From a virus, in the IMG/VR virus record IMGVR_UViG_3300049427_000004, positions 1-64,000 of that record: a stretch of DNA of 64,000 bases. The stretch is one strand, 5' to 3'. How positions within the stretch are numbered: position 1 is the stretch's first letter; each line of letters starts with the position of its first letter. The notes under the pieces are model-generated. The model did no database searches. It saw only the letters and a list, made by a program, of their open reading frames with translations, and was not told the DNA's origin. The position numbers were made by a program, and so were the translations under genes. Below, piece by piece: positions 42,177 through 52,357 of this stretch.

Positions 42177-43259
42177 TTAAGTCATACGGTGCTGAAAACA
42201 GGTGTTATAGAGCTTCAGGAACGTCTCTACACCATTATCAACTGGAGACTGCTTTAATTCCTTAGAGAGCAAATTGTGAGTGTCATAAAGCGCATAAACC
42301 TGCCGAGATTGCCCAAACTTCCTCCCCTGTTTCTTGAATTCATCTACTGTCTTATCTTTATCAAGGGCAACGATGATTTTTATTTCGATTCCTAAATCCT
42401 TAATCATCTTTACTTGAAATTCACTTAGATCATCACCACTGATTGCGATGCAATTTAAGAATCCAAATTGAGCAGCCCACCAACAAGATTTTTCCCCTTC
42501 AAAAATGATTACTTCCTTTTTTTCAAGTATGTAATATAGAGCATTATGCCAGTTATAAATCTCAATCATTTTATTAAAGCCATAGAGGTATATGAATTTA
42601 TATATCCTCTTCTCTTTATACATTGGATCAGTAGTTCTACCTTTGACAGAAATGATATCTCCGTATTGATTATGTATAGGATAAATCACTCGCTCTGAAT
42701 GAACATCGAAACCAACTTGAAATTCAACTTGAGTCTGATAATCTAAACCTTGTTCTATGTATTGATAGTAAGGATACATAACAAATTGATTCATAATCGA
42801 ATCAGGAAATATTTCATTTTGACTGAATTCTCGTAGCGACTGCTTATTCCTTTTTTTCTTCAAATCCTTAAGCCATTGCAAAGGGTCTTCTTTCTTTGTC
42901 TCTCTGTTACCATTAGTCACCAAAAATTCAGTATAACCAAGTATCTCACATATCCATTTTTTAGATTTAAATAAATTATTAGTATGTAGTGACTCATCAT
43001 AGATATCAAATACCAAAAAAGACACAAGTCCGTATATGTCTATGTTGGTCATACCCATATTTCTGATTCTGCATGATAAATACTCATTTAGATAAATTTG
43101 TACGGCTCTTGGATTATTCGAGTCAAACTTAACAGGGAGTTGAGCTTCGTATCTGTTAGACTTGGGTTTGACTTGTTGGCAATTCATTGCATTTAATAAA
43201 TCTTCAACTTTTCCTTCTTCAAGAATCTTCTGTTTAATGTCCCACAGGTCATTGCTCAT
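42177..43259 (-). CDS. DNA primase (YorJ-like)
   Basis: TOPRIM FEGEKS and ALDKD; RVIYPIHN...SVKGR. Confidence 0.88.
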   Translation of the reverse strand: MSNDLWDIKQKILEEGKVEDLLNAMNCQQVKPKSNRYEAQLPVKFDSNNPRAVQIYLNEYLSCRIRNMGMTNIDIYGLVSFLVFDIYDESLHTNNLFKSKKWICEILGYTEFLVTNGNRETKKEDPLQWLKDLKKKRNKQSLREFSQNEIFPDSIMNQFVMYPYYQYIEQGLDYQTQVEFQVGFDVHSERVIYPIHNQYGDIISVKGRTTDPMYKEKRIYKFIYLYGFNKMIEIYNWHNALYYILEKKEVIIFEGEKSCWWAAQFGFLNCIAISGDDLSEFQVKMIKDLGIEIKIIVALDKDKTVDEFKKQGRKFGQSRQVYALYDTHNLLSKELKQSPVDNGVETFLKLYNTCFQHRMT

Positions 43260-43276
43260 CTAACCTCCTCTCCTTC

Positions 43277-44809
43277 TTACTTGTTAAAGCCGTTATTTTT
43301 CACCTTGGCATAACAAACTTCTTCCCAAACATTTAAATCAGAAATAACTCTAAAAACAATCTGCTCATCTTCGGAGCCTTCACGGTTTTTTGGTAAGAAG
43401 AGAATCAGATATTTCTTCTCTGGATCTAATTCAAATTCTTTTTTTTGCCATTTCCCATGAGAATCTTTTTCATAGTTAAAGCAAAAAACCTTGTTCTTCC
43501 CTTCGAATTCATCATCGAACATTAATCTTCCTGCCATTACAACAGCTGCTACTTCAACAATTTCCATGGATTTACCAATGCTGTCCAAGTCAAGATAACG
43601 AAACTCTTTACCTATTTTCATTTGAACTGTTGCTAGTGTTGCACAGTTGTAATTTTCGTCCTTAATACAATCATGCAAGTCTTGAGCTGAATTAGAGAAA
43701 GCCAGCCATCTATCTGTTTGTTGAGACAAGTCAGGTTTGAAGGTATCAAAATAAATATGAGCGTAACCAAGTGGTCTATGTAATTCGATATTACTAATAA
43801 CATCCTCGATGCGATACTTTTTTAGAACAACTAATTTAATAAAGTCAGGTTGGTTTTGTTTTAACCATTTAGCTGCTTTAACAAGTGTTTTTCTATGTTC
43901 AGGACTGTATTTTCCTTTATTAACTACATCTCTCGCTATTGGCTCTTTAAGTATTCTTGAAGCAACAGTAGCCAAAAGCCTTGCTTGCCAACGTTTTTTC
44001 CCTTCCTCGTTTACAAAGATAAGTGCCTTTTCAAAATCCAAATCATTATCAGGATCTAATGCCTTTACATTGTGATCAAAAATAGAAAGAACAAATTTTT
44101 CAGTTACGATACTACTTTTACCAACACCTGATGAGAGGACTAAATACATCAGGTTACCTAGTTTCTGACCATTAATCCTCTTGGTTAATCGTGGAGAATC
44201 GAACAGAGGCAAGCCAACTTCTTCCCCTTGATCAAGCTCATCAATCACTTCCTCTATATCTTCAGTAAGATTGTATATAATTACATCGCCTGAATTGATA
44301 TGAGAAAAGGATGTCTTAAACTTATGCTGACAGAAAGTGTGTAATTGTTTTAAGTTCATGTTCGCAAGTTTTTTAATAAATTCTGTGCTATGTATATTCA
44401 ACAAGTTTTCATCCTGTAATATCCGTAAGCTTTCATACTTTTGGACTTCACTAAAATGATAGTCATCATTACTACTGTCTTTAGTACATTCGTTCATTAG
44501 ATCCTGAATCGTTGCAAAGCCGCCAGATTCATCATAAAATTCGAAATATGATTTTTTATTTTGTTCCTTTGGCTTAGTTGTTAAGTATGAATAGACCGAT
44601 GTATCTTCAAAACTTCGGATGCTATTGTCGTACATCTCTTTACCGATATGATAATAAAAGTACCAGATAGGTTTCGTAAATGTGCCTTGCTCAATTTTAT
44701 GAGACTTGTATTTTGAATACAGATTAGGGTTTTTCCACAGGTTCCCTACAAACAAACTTTCGTGAACCTCAGATGGTAACACAAACTCATCAATATATTT
44801 CGTGCTAAT
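43277..44809 (-). CDS. Replicative DnaB-like SF4 helicase (YorI-like), probable ATT start
   Basis: Walker A SSGVGKS, YFDTFK, KNREG; GAGGAG 7 nt before in-frame ATT at 44809. Confidence 0.88.
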   Translation of the reverse strand: MSTKYIDEFVLPSEVHESLFVGNLWKNPNLYSKYKSHKIEQGTFTKPIWYFYYHIGKEMYDNSIRSFEDTSVYSYLTTKPKEQNKKSYFEFYDESGGFATIQDLMNECTKDSSNDDYHFSEVQKYESLRILQDENLLNIHSTEFIKKLANMNLKQLHTFCQHKFKTSFSHINSGDVIIYNLTEDIEEVIDELDQGEEVGLPLFDSPRLTKRINGQKLGNLMYLVLSSGVGKSSIVTEKFVLSIFDHNVKALDPDNDLDFEKALIFVNEEGKKRWQARLLATVASRILKEPIARDVVNKGKYSPEHRKTLVKAAKWLKQNQPDFIKLVVLKKYRIEDVISNIELHRPLGYAHIYFDTFKPDLSQQTDRWLAFSNSAQDLHDCIKDENYNCATLATVQMKIGKEFRYLDLDSIGKSMEIVEVAAVVMAGRLMFDDEFEGKNKVFCFNYEKDSHGKWQKKEFELDPEKKYLILFLPKNREGSEDEQIVFRVISDLNVWEEVCYAKVKNNGFNK

Positions 44810-44821
44810 ATGACCACTCCT

Positions 44822-45400
44822 CTATAGTAGATGCGAAATATCTCCATTGTCTTTTTTTCTTTTAGTTTTAATTGGCTCATCAATTGACATATCGGTGTCA
44901 ATTAATCTAGTCATTTCTTTTTGTAAATGCAGCTCTTGCTTCAATTTAATTTGTCGATTTTGCCATGCAGTATTTAATCCATTTAGCATCATCGAAATAC
45001 ATTTATTAATGTCGCTTGCGTCTTTACCATCATTCAGCACATCTTTAATGAACCATTTAATCTTATCTTCTTGAAGTTTGTAAGCTTCCAGCATCAAGTC
45101 AAACTCTACGCCAATTCGGTAACGCTGATATTTTTTTCCTTCTTTTATGTCAAACCCACCACGCAGCTCTTGAAGTCGTTTAATATTACGTGTAGGAATA
45201 ACAATAATCTCGTGCAGTTCTTTTATGTATTCAAATAAATCAGACCACTTTTTATTCTCTTGCTTTTGGTATTCCTGTTGCTCTATGTATTTTTGATGGC
45301 ATATTTCAATATGGTAGAACTTTTTATCGGTTTCTTGTGTCATTGTGGATTTTATTCCAAATTGCTCACATATCTGACACTTAACTTTCCTTTCAGCCAC
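44822..45400 (-). CDS. Zn-finger replication-associated protein (YorH-like position)
   Basis: CQIC...HIEIC; immediately upstream of helicase and primase as in SPbeta. Confidence 0.6.
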   Translation of the reverse strand: MAERKVKCQICEQFGIKSTMTQETDKKFYHIEICHQKYIEQQEYQKQENKKWSDLFEYIKELHEIIVIPTRNIKRLQELRGGFDIKEGKKYQRYRIGVEFDLMLEAYKLQEDKIKWFIKDVLNDGKDASDINKCISMMLNGLNTAWQNRQIKLKQELHLQKEMTRLIDTDMSIDEPIKTKRKKDNGDISHLL

Positions 45401-45409
45401 TTAATCACC

Positions 45410-47392
45410 TCAAATGTAATCCTGAATAAACCTTGACGGTATAGCAACTTTTCCTCGATATGTATTAACGTAACTCAAATTCAACTGTTCTTCTGCTCTA
45501 GTCATTAATACGTAGGCGAGTCTTCGCTCCTCCTCCAAAGCCTCGTTAACCCCATTTCCTATATTGTCAGAGCATGGTTCTAGAGAAGATTTATGAGGTA
45601 GCAAACCGTCGTTCACAGTCAGTGCAAAAACCACAGGAAACTCCAATCCTTTCGACTTATGAATAGTCATCAGCTTAACACCATTAGAATTGTTTTTACT
45701 TTTATTTTCTTTCTGAATTTTCGCCTGTTTAATAATTCTTTCAATGTGTCGTACATACTCACCAATCTCATTGAACTTTTTCGAACTATTCTCAAGTTCA
45801 TTCAATGTTTCTCTAATAATTTCTCGATGTAAACTTGTCGATTCACTTTCTGCTGCATCACCAATTAAATATGATTCATAATCCTCACGTAATGCACGAA
45901 TAGCCAACATCGGTCTAAGTCCTGCAATACGTTTCATATGATTAATTTTTTCTGCAATTTTTCGTTTCTGGTAAGCACTACTCACTATGTCACTTGCATA
46001 TTCAATCGGATTTGCAATTGGATTCGCTTGTTGTAACTTACCTAATTCTTTCAATTTATCTTTAGCTATGTATAGAGTTGGAAGCACATCTCCCATTGAA
46101 CTAAAGTCATATGGATCAACAATTATACGTAAATATGAAAGTATCGGCTTGACTGTTCCATTGTCGTAGAATACTTCTCCTCCTGAGAAACTTGTGAATG
46201 GAACCTCATTCAAAAGAAGTGACTCAAAGATTGACCTAGAGATTGAGTTTGTTCTATACAGAACAGCAAAATCAGAGTATTTTCGTTTTTCTTGCTTAAC
46301 TTGACTCTTTATGTATTCAACAATTGCCTCTGCTTCATCCTCTGTTGTTTCATATTTATTAATGACAGGATATAAATCAGATTCTTTAATTGCAAATGAT
46401 TCTTTTGGAATTCTCAGTATATTTTTCTTAATTGCATCATTTGCCATGCCTAAAATTGGTGATGTACAACGATAATTAACTTTTAACTCAATAGTTTTCA
46501 CGTTTTCATACTTCTTGGGAAACTCTAAAATATTATTTAGTTTGGCTCCAGAAAAACTGTACACGCACTGGTCAGCATCTCCAATTATACAAATGTTATT
46601 TCTAGGATGGGCTATCATTTCGATGAGTTTAAATTGTAGATCGGAGGTGTCCTGAGCTTCGTCTACCATGATGTAATGCCATCTATCTCTTACAGATTCA
46701 AGCAAATCTTCATCATCGGATAGTTTCTGATATGCAAGAAGTAACATGTCATCAAAATCAATCAATGATTTATCATTCTTGTGGGCCTCATACTGCTGCC
46801 ATATTTCATGAAACTCTTTATCATACTTATCCGAATATCTATAATCAAATACATCGATTGCATTTTGCTTATAATGTGAAATCAACGCAAGAATATCCTC
46901 GGGGCGATGTTTTTTGTCTATTTTCATTGCTCTCAAAATAGTTTTAATAGTAATTTGGCGACCTTTATCGCTTGAGAATACCTCTCTGTCTTCTCCATTT
47001 TCACGTAGAATATCTAAAAACACTTTATGAAATGTTCCTGCTGTAACTTTTTTTAATTTATCTTTACTGGTCATTCCAAGTTTTGATGCTTTAGCCAACA
47101 TCTCTTCCGCTGCTTTACTGGTAAAGGTTATGAGTAGTACTTTTTCAAGGTCTATTTTATGCACTTGGTCTAGATATGACAGTCTCGCCACTACAGAGGA
47201 TGATTTACCTGCTCCTGCTCCGCTGTTAACCTGAGTGGCTCCTTCTTTGTGGCGTACCAAAATAATCTGATCTTCGTTAAGTTTTACCCCTTTCTCTTCG
47301 AGTTTTCTGAAGAAAAAGGAATCACTCATTGAATCTGAAACTAATTCAATTGATGTCAGATTGCTTGCTATTTTAGCTTTAGTGTAATTCAA
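45410..47392 (-). CDS. UvrD/PcrA SF1 helicase
   Basis: SGAGAGKS, TFHKV, VDEAQD, IIGDADQCVYSF, NYRC, LYRTN, MTIHKSKGLEF, EEERRLAYV. Confidence 0.93.
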   Translation of the reverse strand: MNYTKAKIASNLTSIELVSDSMSDSFFFRKLEEKGVKLNEDQIILVRHKEGATQVNSGAGAGKSSSVVARLSYLDQVHKIDLEKVLLITFTSKAAEEMLAKASKLGMTSKDKLKKVTAGTFHKVFLDILRENGEDREVFSSDKGRQITIKTILRAMKIDKKHRPEDILALISHYKQNAIDVFDYRYSDKYDKEFHEIWQQYEAHKNDKSLIDFDDMLLLAYQKLSDDEDLLESVRDRWHYIMVDEAQDTSDLQFKLIEMIAHPRNNICIIGDADQCVYSFSGAKLNNILEFPKKYENVKTIELKVNYRCTSPILGMANDAIKKNILRIPKESFAIKESDLYPVINKYETTEDEAEAIVEYIKSQVKQEKRKYSDFAVLYRTNSISRSIFESLLLNEVPFTSFSGGEVFYDNGTVKPILSYLRIIVDPYDFSSMGDVLPTLYIAKDKLKELGKLQQANPIANPIEYASDIVSSAYQKRKIAEKINHMKRIAGLRPMLAIRALREDYESYLIGDAAESESTSLHREIIRETLNELENSSKKFNEIGEYVRHIERIIKQAKIQKENKSKNNSNGVKLMTIHKSKGLEFPVVFALTVNDGLLPHKSSLEPCSDNIGNGVNEALEEERRLAYVLMTRAEEQLNLSYVNTYRGKVAIPSRFIQDYI

Positions 47393-47617
47393 TTTTAATA
47401 TTTCACCTCTTAAATTTATTTTTATACCCAACGAAATTTAAGTTTCGTTGCCTTTTTCACTCTGTTCGAACCTGCTATTCAATATTTCATTTTGTATGTA
47501 TAGCATCTTAGCATACTCTTGTAGTAGCACTATGTCCTGTGTAAACGTCTTAACGCTCACTTTTGCCCATCCTTTAGGACTTCTGTTTATTAACTCCTGA
47601 ATTCTTGGTAACATATT

Positions 47618-48553
47618 TCACCTCATATTCGTTGCCTTATTTAGAAGTTTTGGCTTATAAATAGATTTATCATACAAAACACACTGGCCTGTTTCCAAAA
47701 TTTCTTCTATGTATGACCAACTACTTACTAAATATTGACTTCCATTCGAATAGTATAGTTTAATACCATCTGTTACATTTCGGATTTTGACACCTTTTAG
47801 TTTTGCAATTTTTCTAATACTCTTTTCTCTCTCATCTAACATTCCAATAATCGTATACATTCTATTGTATCTCCTTTCTAATCAGCCCCTCAATATTCTT
47901 AGGATCATACCAATCAATAACCCAATGCACACCAAAAGGCGATGCAGCATTATGCATAATACCCACTCGTTTGCCTGATTTAGACCACGAATGAAATGAT
48001 GCTTCATGTAGTTTTTTATTTTTATGTTTTACAGATTGTTTTGGATAGTATGTATTATTCATTTATTATCAACCCCTATCTTAAATCCATGTATTTTACA
48101 TATCTAGTAATTGTCTTCGAAACCAGATACCTATTCCCTTTAGAGCTTTTAGGAGCCAACTTCACTTCTGCGATGTCTTGCTCAGTTTTCAAGTCAACTG
48201 CATAAGCAAAATATTCCTCTCCAACATTTAACTCTTTTCTAACTCTTTGTTCCAACTTATCCCATAGATTCATTTACAATTCTCCTCCTCATGAAAGACT
48301 TCTTTTATGACCTATTAATGCTCCAATTCTTGGTATGATCATCTAACCATTCTTTTAATTCGTTCTCATTTTCTATGTACTTCACATCAATCAGTGAAAC
48401 TTTTTCTCCTATATCCCAACTGAATGACTTTATGGATTTGAATTTAATATTTTCTATTTTTGAACTTTTCCCCACTTCTTTAGCATATACCACTTGCTCA
48501 CTTGTTGTTATATTTCTCATAACATAAACTGCATAGTTGCTTGGATATTTCAA
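47618..48553 (-). other. Four short hypothetical ORFs (65-82 aa)
   Basis: ORF track with RBSs. Confidence 0.7.
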
Positions 48554-48564
48554 ATTTTCTCACC

Positions 48565-49020
48565 TCATCCATTATATTTGTATAAAGTTACTTCATAATC
48601 CTCAAACACTTTGTCGATTATTCCATATACTTCATTCCAGTCTGCCCCACCTCTATCACTGCCAATTTTATATGGAAGAGCAACGGAATATTTGTGATCA
48701 ACTGCAAAACTTTTAAGTAAACCAAGAGACTCTTTGATTGCAGTGTAACTTGTGAATTGACCATTATAGCCATAATCGAGTTGACCAAATAAGTTAGCAA
48801 TGATTTTACCATCGACTACAGAAACGAAGAGACATTTGCCCAATGCATACTTACCATAACCATATGTGTTCAAATAGGCTTTATACTCTCTAAATAAGCC
48901 ACCGTACTTATCTCTTAGTTGTTTAGCTACACCAGATCCCATAACACCCTTGCAGTTCACTTGATGACCAATAATGTCTTCTGTTGCATCGAGCAAGTTT
49001 CCTTCAACCACTTTAATCAT
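48565..49020 (-). CDS. Macrodomain protein (Poa1p/DarG-like ADP-ribose hydrolase)
   Basis: EGNLL, IGHQVNCKGVMGSGVA, IANLFGQ, ALPYKIGSDRGGADW; ATG at 49020 after GAGGAG. Confidence 0.88.
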   Translation of the reverse strand: MIKVVEGNLLDATEDIIGHQVNCKGVMGSGVAKQLRDKYGGLFREYKAYLNTYGYGKYALGKCLFVSVVDGKIIANLFGQLDYGYNGQFTSYTAIKESLGLLKSFAVDHKYSVALPYKIGSDRGGADWNEVYGIIDKVFEDYEVTLYKYNG

Positions 49021-49105
49021 ATATTTTCTCCTCTTGTATGCCATTGAAAAGATTGTTTTATTTCCTATTGCTTGGGTAATAGCATATTTCGCATTGTTTC
49101 GACAA

Positions 49106-49987
49106 TTAAGCAGCTTGACGTTCATTCAAAATAGACTTAACAATCACAGGCAACTTCTTTCCAATGCATTTACGAATGTCTTTTTCTTCATATGTATTAA
49201 GTGAATCTGACTCTTCTTTCATGATATCATCATAAACTCGATTGCCAAGATGTTTCAGAATCAATCCCATATCTTCAATCCCAAATTGTTCATCAAGAAT
49301 ATTTTCATCAACCAGCTTATATAGTAATTTTTCTACTCTTGCCTTAGTCATACACTCATTAATAAATGTCATCTCAACTGATTGAAAATTAGGATCTTTA
49401 GGAGCTTTCTGTTTTTGGACTTCTCTGAAACCATCAGAAACTAATTTAACAAAACATTGTTTTTCATATCTATCTTTATAATTTACGTTTTTAACAACTA
49501 CTCCTTCGCCCTCAGAACCTAGAACTGACTGACCGACAAATGATTGCAGATGTTCAAATGATTGATATTTACCCTCGTAGAATAATGGAATCAAGTTCAT
49601 AGAAAGTCGATGCGACTCATCTTTTACCATAGAGAAGTTAACATACTCTCCAATAAATTCATTGTAAATATCGAATAGGTAAAATTGATTCATATTGCTA
49701 CCATAATCCAACTTGTGTTTAACTAGCCATTCTCCATAATAAATTACACCATCAAGCAATTTCGCAGGATTTAGCGTCTGTGTCCATTCGTAAAAACCTC
49801 TGAGATTGTTTTCGGCACTAAGATGAGTATTACGAGAGAATGCCAGAATAGCACCTTCATGCAGCTTAAATGACGCATTGGCTCCATCCAACTTTTCTTG
49901 AATTACAATGTCGTCACCTTCATTTAGTACCCCTACTGTTGTCTTATGGCCTAGACGAATAATATCAGTATACTTCTTCATTTCCAT
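49106..49987 (-). CDS. RNA ligase (Rnl2-like nucleotidyltransferase)
   Basis: Motif I QEKLDGAN, YGEW, FYLFDI, EGVVVK, VKLV. Confidence 0.85.
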   Translation of the reverse strand: MEMKKYTDIIRLGHKTTVGVLNEGDDIVIQEKLDGANASFKLHEGAILAFSRNTHLSAENNLRGFYEWTQTLNPAKLLDGVIYYGEWLVKHKLDYGSNMNQFYLFDIYNEFIGEYVNFSMVKDESHRLSMNLIPLFYEGKYQSFEHLQSFVGQSVLGSEGEGVVVKNVNYKDRYEKQCFVKLVSDGFREVQKQKAPKDPNFQSVEMTFINECMTKARVEKLLYKLVDENILDEQFGIEDMGLILKHLGNRVYDDIMKEESDSLNTYEEKDIRKCIGKKLPVIVKSILNERQAA

Positions 49988-50047
49988 TTTGTATATCTCC
50001 TTTTTATTTTTTTGTTTTATAATCAATGAATTGATGATTTCGCCACC

Positions 50048-50326
50048 TTAAGCAAATAATTCATATTCTTCATCTCGCTCATCTTTTGTTTCATCGACGT
50101 ATTCTACATTTTTATTTTTATCCAGCCACTCTATATGAGCATCACACTGTTCAGGAGTTAAAAACTTCACTTCATCTAGACCGACAACAACCCAACCTTT
50201 ACCTGCACTCACTTTATACATGGATTTTTCTCTGTCGTATTCATGCAACTCACCAATTGTACTAGAGAAAAATCCAACCTCAACACTGACCAATTTACCT
50301 AAATAGTCATCATAATTATTAACTAT
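50048..50326 (-). CDS. Hypothetical protein, probable ATA start
   Basis: AGGAGG 8 nt before in-frame ATA at 50326. Confidence 0.6.
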   Translation of the reverse strand: MVNNYDDYLGKLVSVEVGFFSSTIGELHEYDREKSMYKVSAGKGWVVVGLDEVKFLTPEQCDAHIEWLDKNKNVEYVDETKDERDEEYELFA

Positions 50327-50339
50327 ATTAATCACCTCC

Positions 50340-50723
50340 TTATGGATCAGTTAGTTGATCAGATTCATCTATATTTAAATACAGTCCTACCCTTTTATCT
50401 ATATCTGCTTTCAAGTGCTTAATCAGAATATTCATCTCTTGTTGATATCCTCGACACATAAATGAGATGGTTATTCTGTCTTCAACACGTTTATCTTCAA
50501 TTATTTTAATTCCATTATTCCACATCAATTTTTTATTGTTTGTGAAACTCTCGGATACTTTATTCTGTATGCTTCTAAGATGTCTAGCATAAAGATTTCC
50601 CATTTTCATATCGGATTTCGTCATTATTTTAATGTCATGTTCAATTGTACTATATAAGCAAGGTAGCAATATTGCTTCTCTGACAAGATTGAAATCGTCG
50701 TCTCCAACTGGCTTCGCTGTCAT
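50340..50723 (-). CDS. Hypothetical protein, third gene of the SOS operon
   Basis: Start overlaps the yolD stop (4-nt overlap). Confidence 0.7.
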   Translation of the reverse strand: MTAKPVGDDDFNLVREAILLPCLYSTIEHDIKIMTKSDMKMGNLYARHLRSIQNKVSESFTNNKKLMWNNGIKIIEDKRVEDRITISFMCRGYQQEMNILIKHLKADIDKRVGLYLNIDESDQLTDP

Positions 50724-51055
50724 AGTAATGTCACACTCACAACTTCAGAATAATCCACCCATTCGAACCCATCATCAAACTCAACTTTGAACTTTTTCTG
50801 ATATTGATTGAATGCTGTGACAACGCCAACAACTTCACGAAAATTAAACTTCCCAAACAACTCGACCTTGATTTCATCCTTTTGAATATACGACTGATTC
50901 AAATTGGAAAGCATTATTTCCCATTCATCTTCATGAATCTCTGGTCGTGTTTTTAGTTTATGATCACCCAAATATTTATTGATAGTCTCTTTATGTTCTG
51001 GTAGCATCATTCTGCTGCTCTCCCACAGACCATTTCCAGTTAGCTTTTTACTCAT
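50720..51055 (-). CDS. yolD: YolD-like protein (UmuD-like partner)
   Basis: NGLWESSRMMLPEHKE signature; coupled to the Y-family polymerase. Confidence 0.85.
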   Translation of the reverse strand: MSKKLTGNGLWESSRMMLPEHKETINKYLGDHKLKTRPEIHEDEWEIMLSNLNQSYIQKDEIKVELFGKFNFREVVGVVTAFNQYQKKFKVEFDDGFEWVDYSEVVSVTLL

Positions 51056-52293
51056 TTGTAATGTCCTCCGATTTTAGCGTTTCTGTCTACCGCTTGACCA
51101 GCGCTGGTTAATGAACTTGCTCTCAGTATTGACACTTCTCCGAATCGATCTTTGATGTCATCCATAACCTTATCAACAGCTCTCTTCTTCTCAGTGTCAT
51201 CAAACAAGGAAAGTTGATAAGTGTCAGCACTAGTCAAGTTGGAGATTGCAACGCTTAACCTTCGAACAGGCATTCTATCCCAATGAGTGTAAAAAAGTTT
51301 CTTTACAGCAGCATAGACATCTACCGTAACGTTCGTAGGATCGACTAACTTCATTTGTCTGCTGAATCCAGTAGGATTATCCCAGTCTGCTCCAGACAGC
51401 CCCATTGATACGACAGAACCCATTAAACCCTTTTCTCTCGTCCTTCTACAAATCTGTGAGCATAAATCCAGTAACACCACTTCAATCTCCCATGCTTCCC
51501 TGTAGTCCCTAGGAAGCGTCATACCATTGCCAATTACCTTCTGATGGCTATGAGTGCTTGGAGTCACTGGTGAGTCATCTATGCCGTTCGCAACCCTCCA
51601 GATGACCTGACCATTAACACCCCATTTGCTGAGTCTTTTTATTGGAGTCTTGGCTAAATCACCAATTGTTCTGATTCCCATTCTTAGGAGGTGCTGCTCC
51701 ATCCTTGATCCAATGCCCCACATATCTCGAATCGGATTATCCCAAATATGTTTATCTAGCTCATCTTTCTTCAGATAAAAAAATCCATCAGCATTCTTCT
51801 TAGCTATCATGTCACAGCAAAGTTTTGCAATTACCTTGTTTTCTCCAATTCCAGCTCTTGCATATATTCCAGTTTCGGTCATGATTCTTTTCTGAATGAG
51901 CTTTGCCATTTCAGTTATCGAATTTCCAAACAAATGTAACGAACCAGAGCAGTCAACAAATAATTCATCTATACTATATGGTTCAACCAAATCACTGTAA
52001 GTCTCAAGAATTCGGGTGATTTGCATAGAAACTTTAATGTATTGCTCCATATGTGGTCGAACAATAACCAAATCAGGACACTTTTTCAAAGCTTGCCATA
52101 GAGCTTCAGCTGTAGTAACACCAAACTTTTTTGCAAGTGGGCATGCCGCCAAGACAATTCCACTGCGTCTTTCTGGATCTCCAGCTACTACAAGAGGTTT
52201 GTCTTTATACTCAGGGTAGTTTGCCTTCTCGACAGACGCATAAAAACTTTGCATGTCGATTAGCATAATGGATCGTTTGTTTTTCTGAGTCAC
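51052..52293 (-). CDS. Y-family DNA polymerase IV (UvrX/DinB-like)
   Basis: LIDMQSFYAS, YSIDE, WGIG; GTG start after GGAGG. Confidence 0.93.
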   Translation of the reverse strand: MTQKNKRSIMLIDMQSFYASVEKANYPEYKDKPLVVAGDPERRSGIVLAACPLAKKFGVTTAEALWQALKKCPDLVIVRPHMEQYIKVSMQITRILETYSDLVEPYSIDELFVDCSGSLHLFGNSITEMAKLIQKRIMTETGIYARAGIGENKVIAKLCCDMIAKKNADGFFYLKKDELDKHIWDNPIRDMWGIGSRMEQHLLRMGIRTIGDLAKTPIKRLSKWGVNGQVIWRVANGIDDSPVTPSTHSHQKVIGNGMTLPRDYREAWEIEVVLLDLCSQICRRTREKGLMGSVVSMGLSGADWDNPTGFSRQMKLVDPTNVTVDVYAAVKKLFYTHWDRMPVRRLSVAISNLTSADTYQLSLFDDTEKKRAVDKVMDDIKDRFGEVSILRASSLTSAGQAVDRNAKIGGHYK

Positions 52294-52310
52294 ATTGATT
52301 CCTCCGAATA

Positions 52311-52357
52311 AGAACATTTGTTTGCGTAATAGCTATTATACTACAAACATACGTTCG
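52311..52357 (-). promoter_or_regulatory. Two LexA (Cheo) boxes at the polymerase promoter
   Basis: AGAACATTTGTTTG (52311-52324) and CAAACATACGTTCG (52344-52357) versus CGAAC-N4-GTTCG; TATAAT at 52335-52340 on the minus strand. Confidence 0.8.

Noticed and set aside
7684-44809. Introns or inteins in dnaE, nrdA, nrdB, thyA or helicase (as in SPbeta bnrdE/F)
   Set aside because: Frames are continuous and of ordinary length, with no intein boundary or LAGLIDADG motifs seen.
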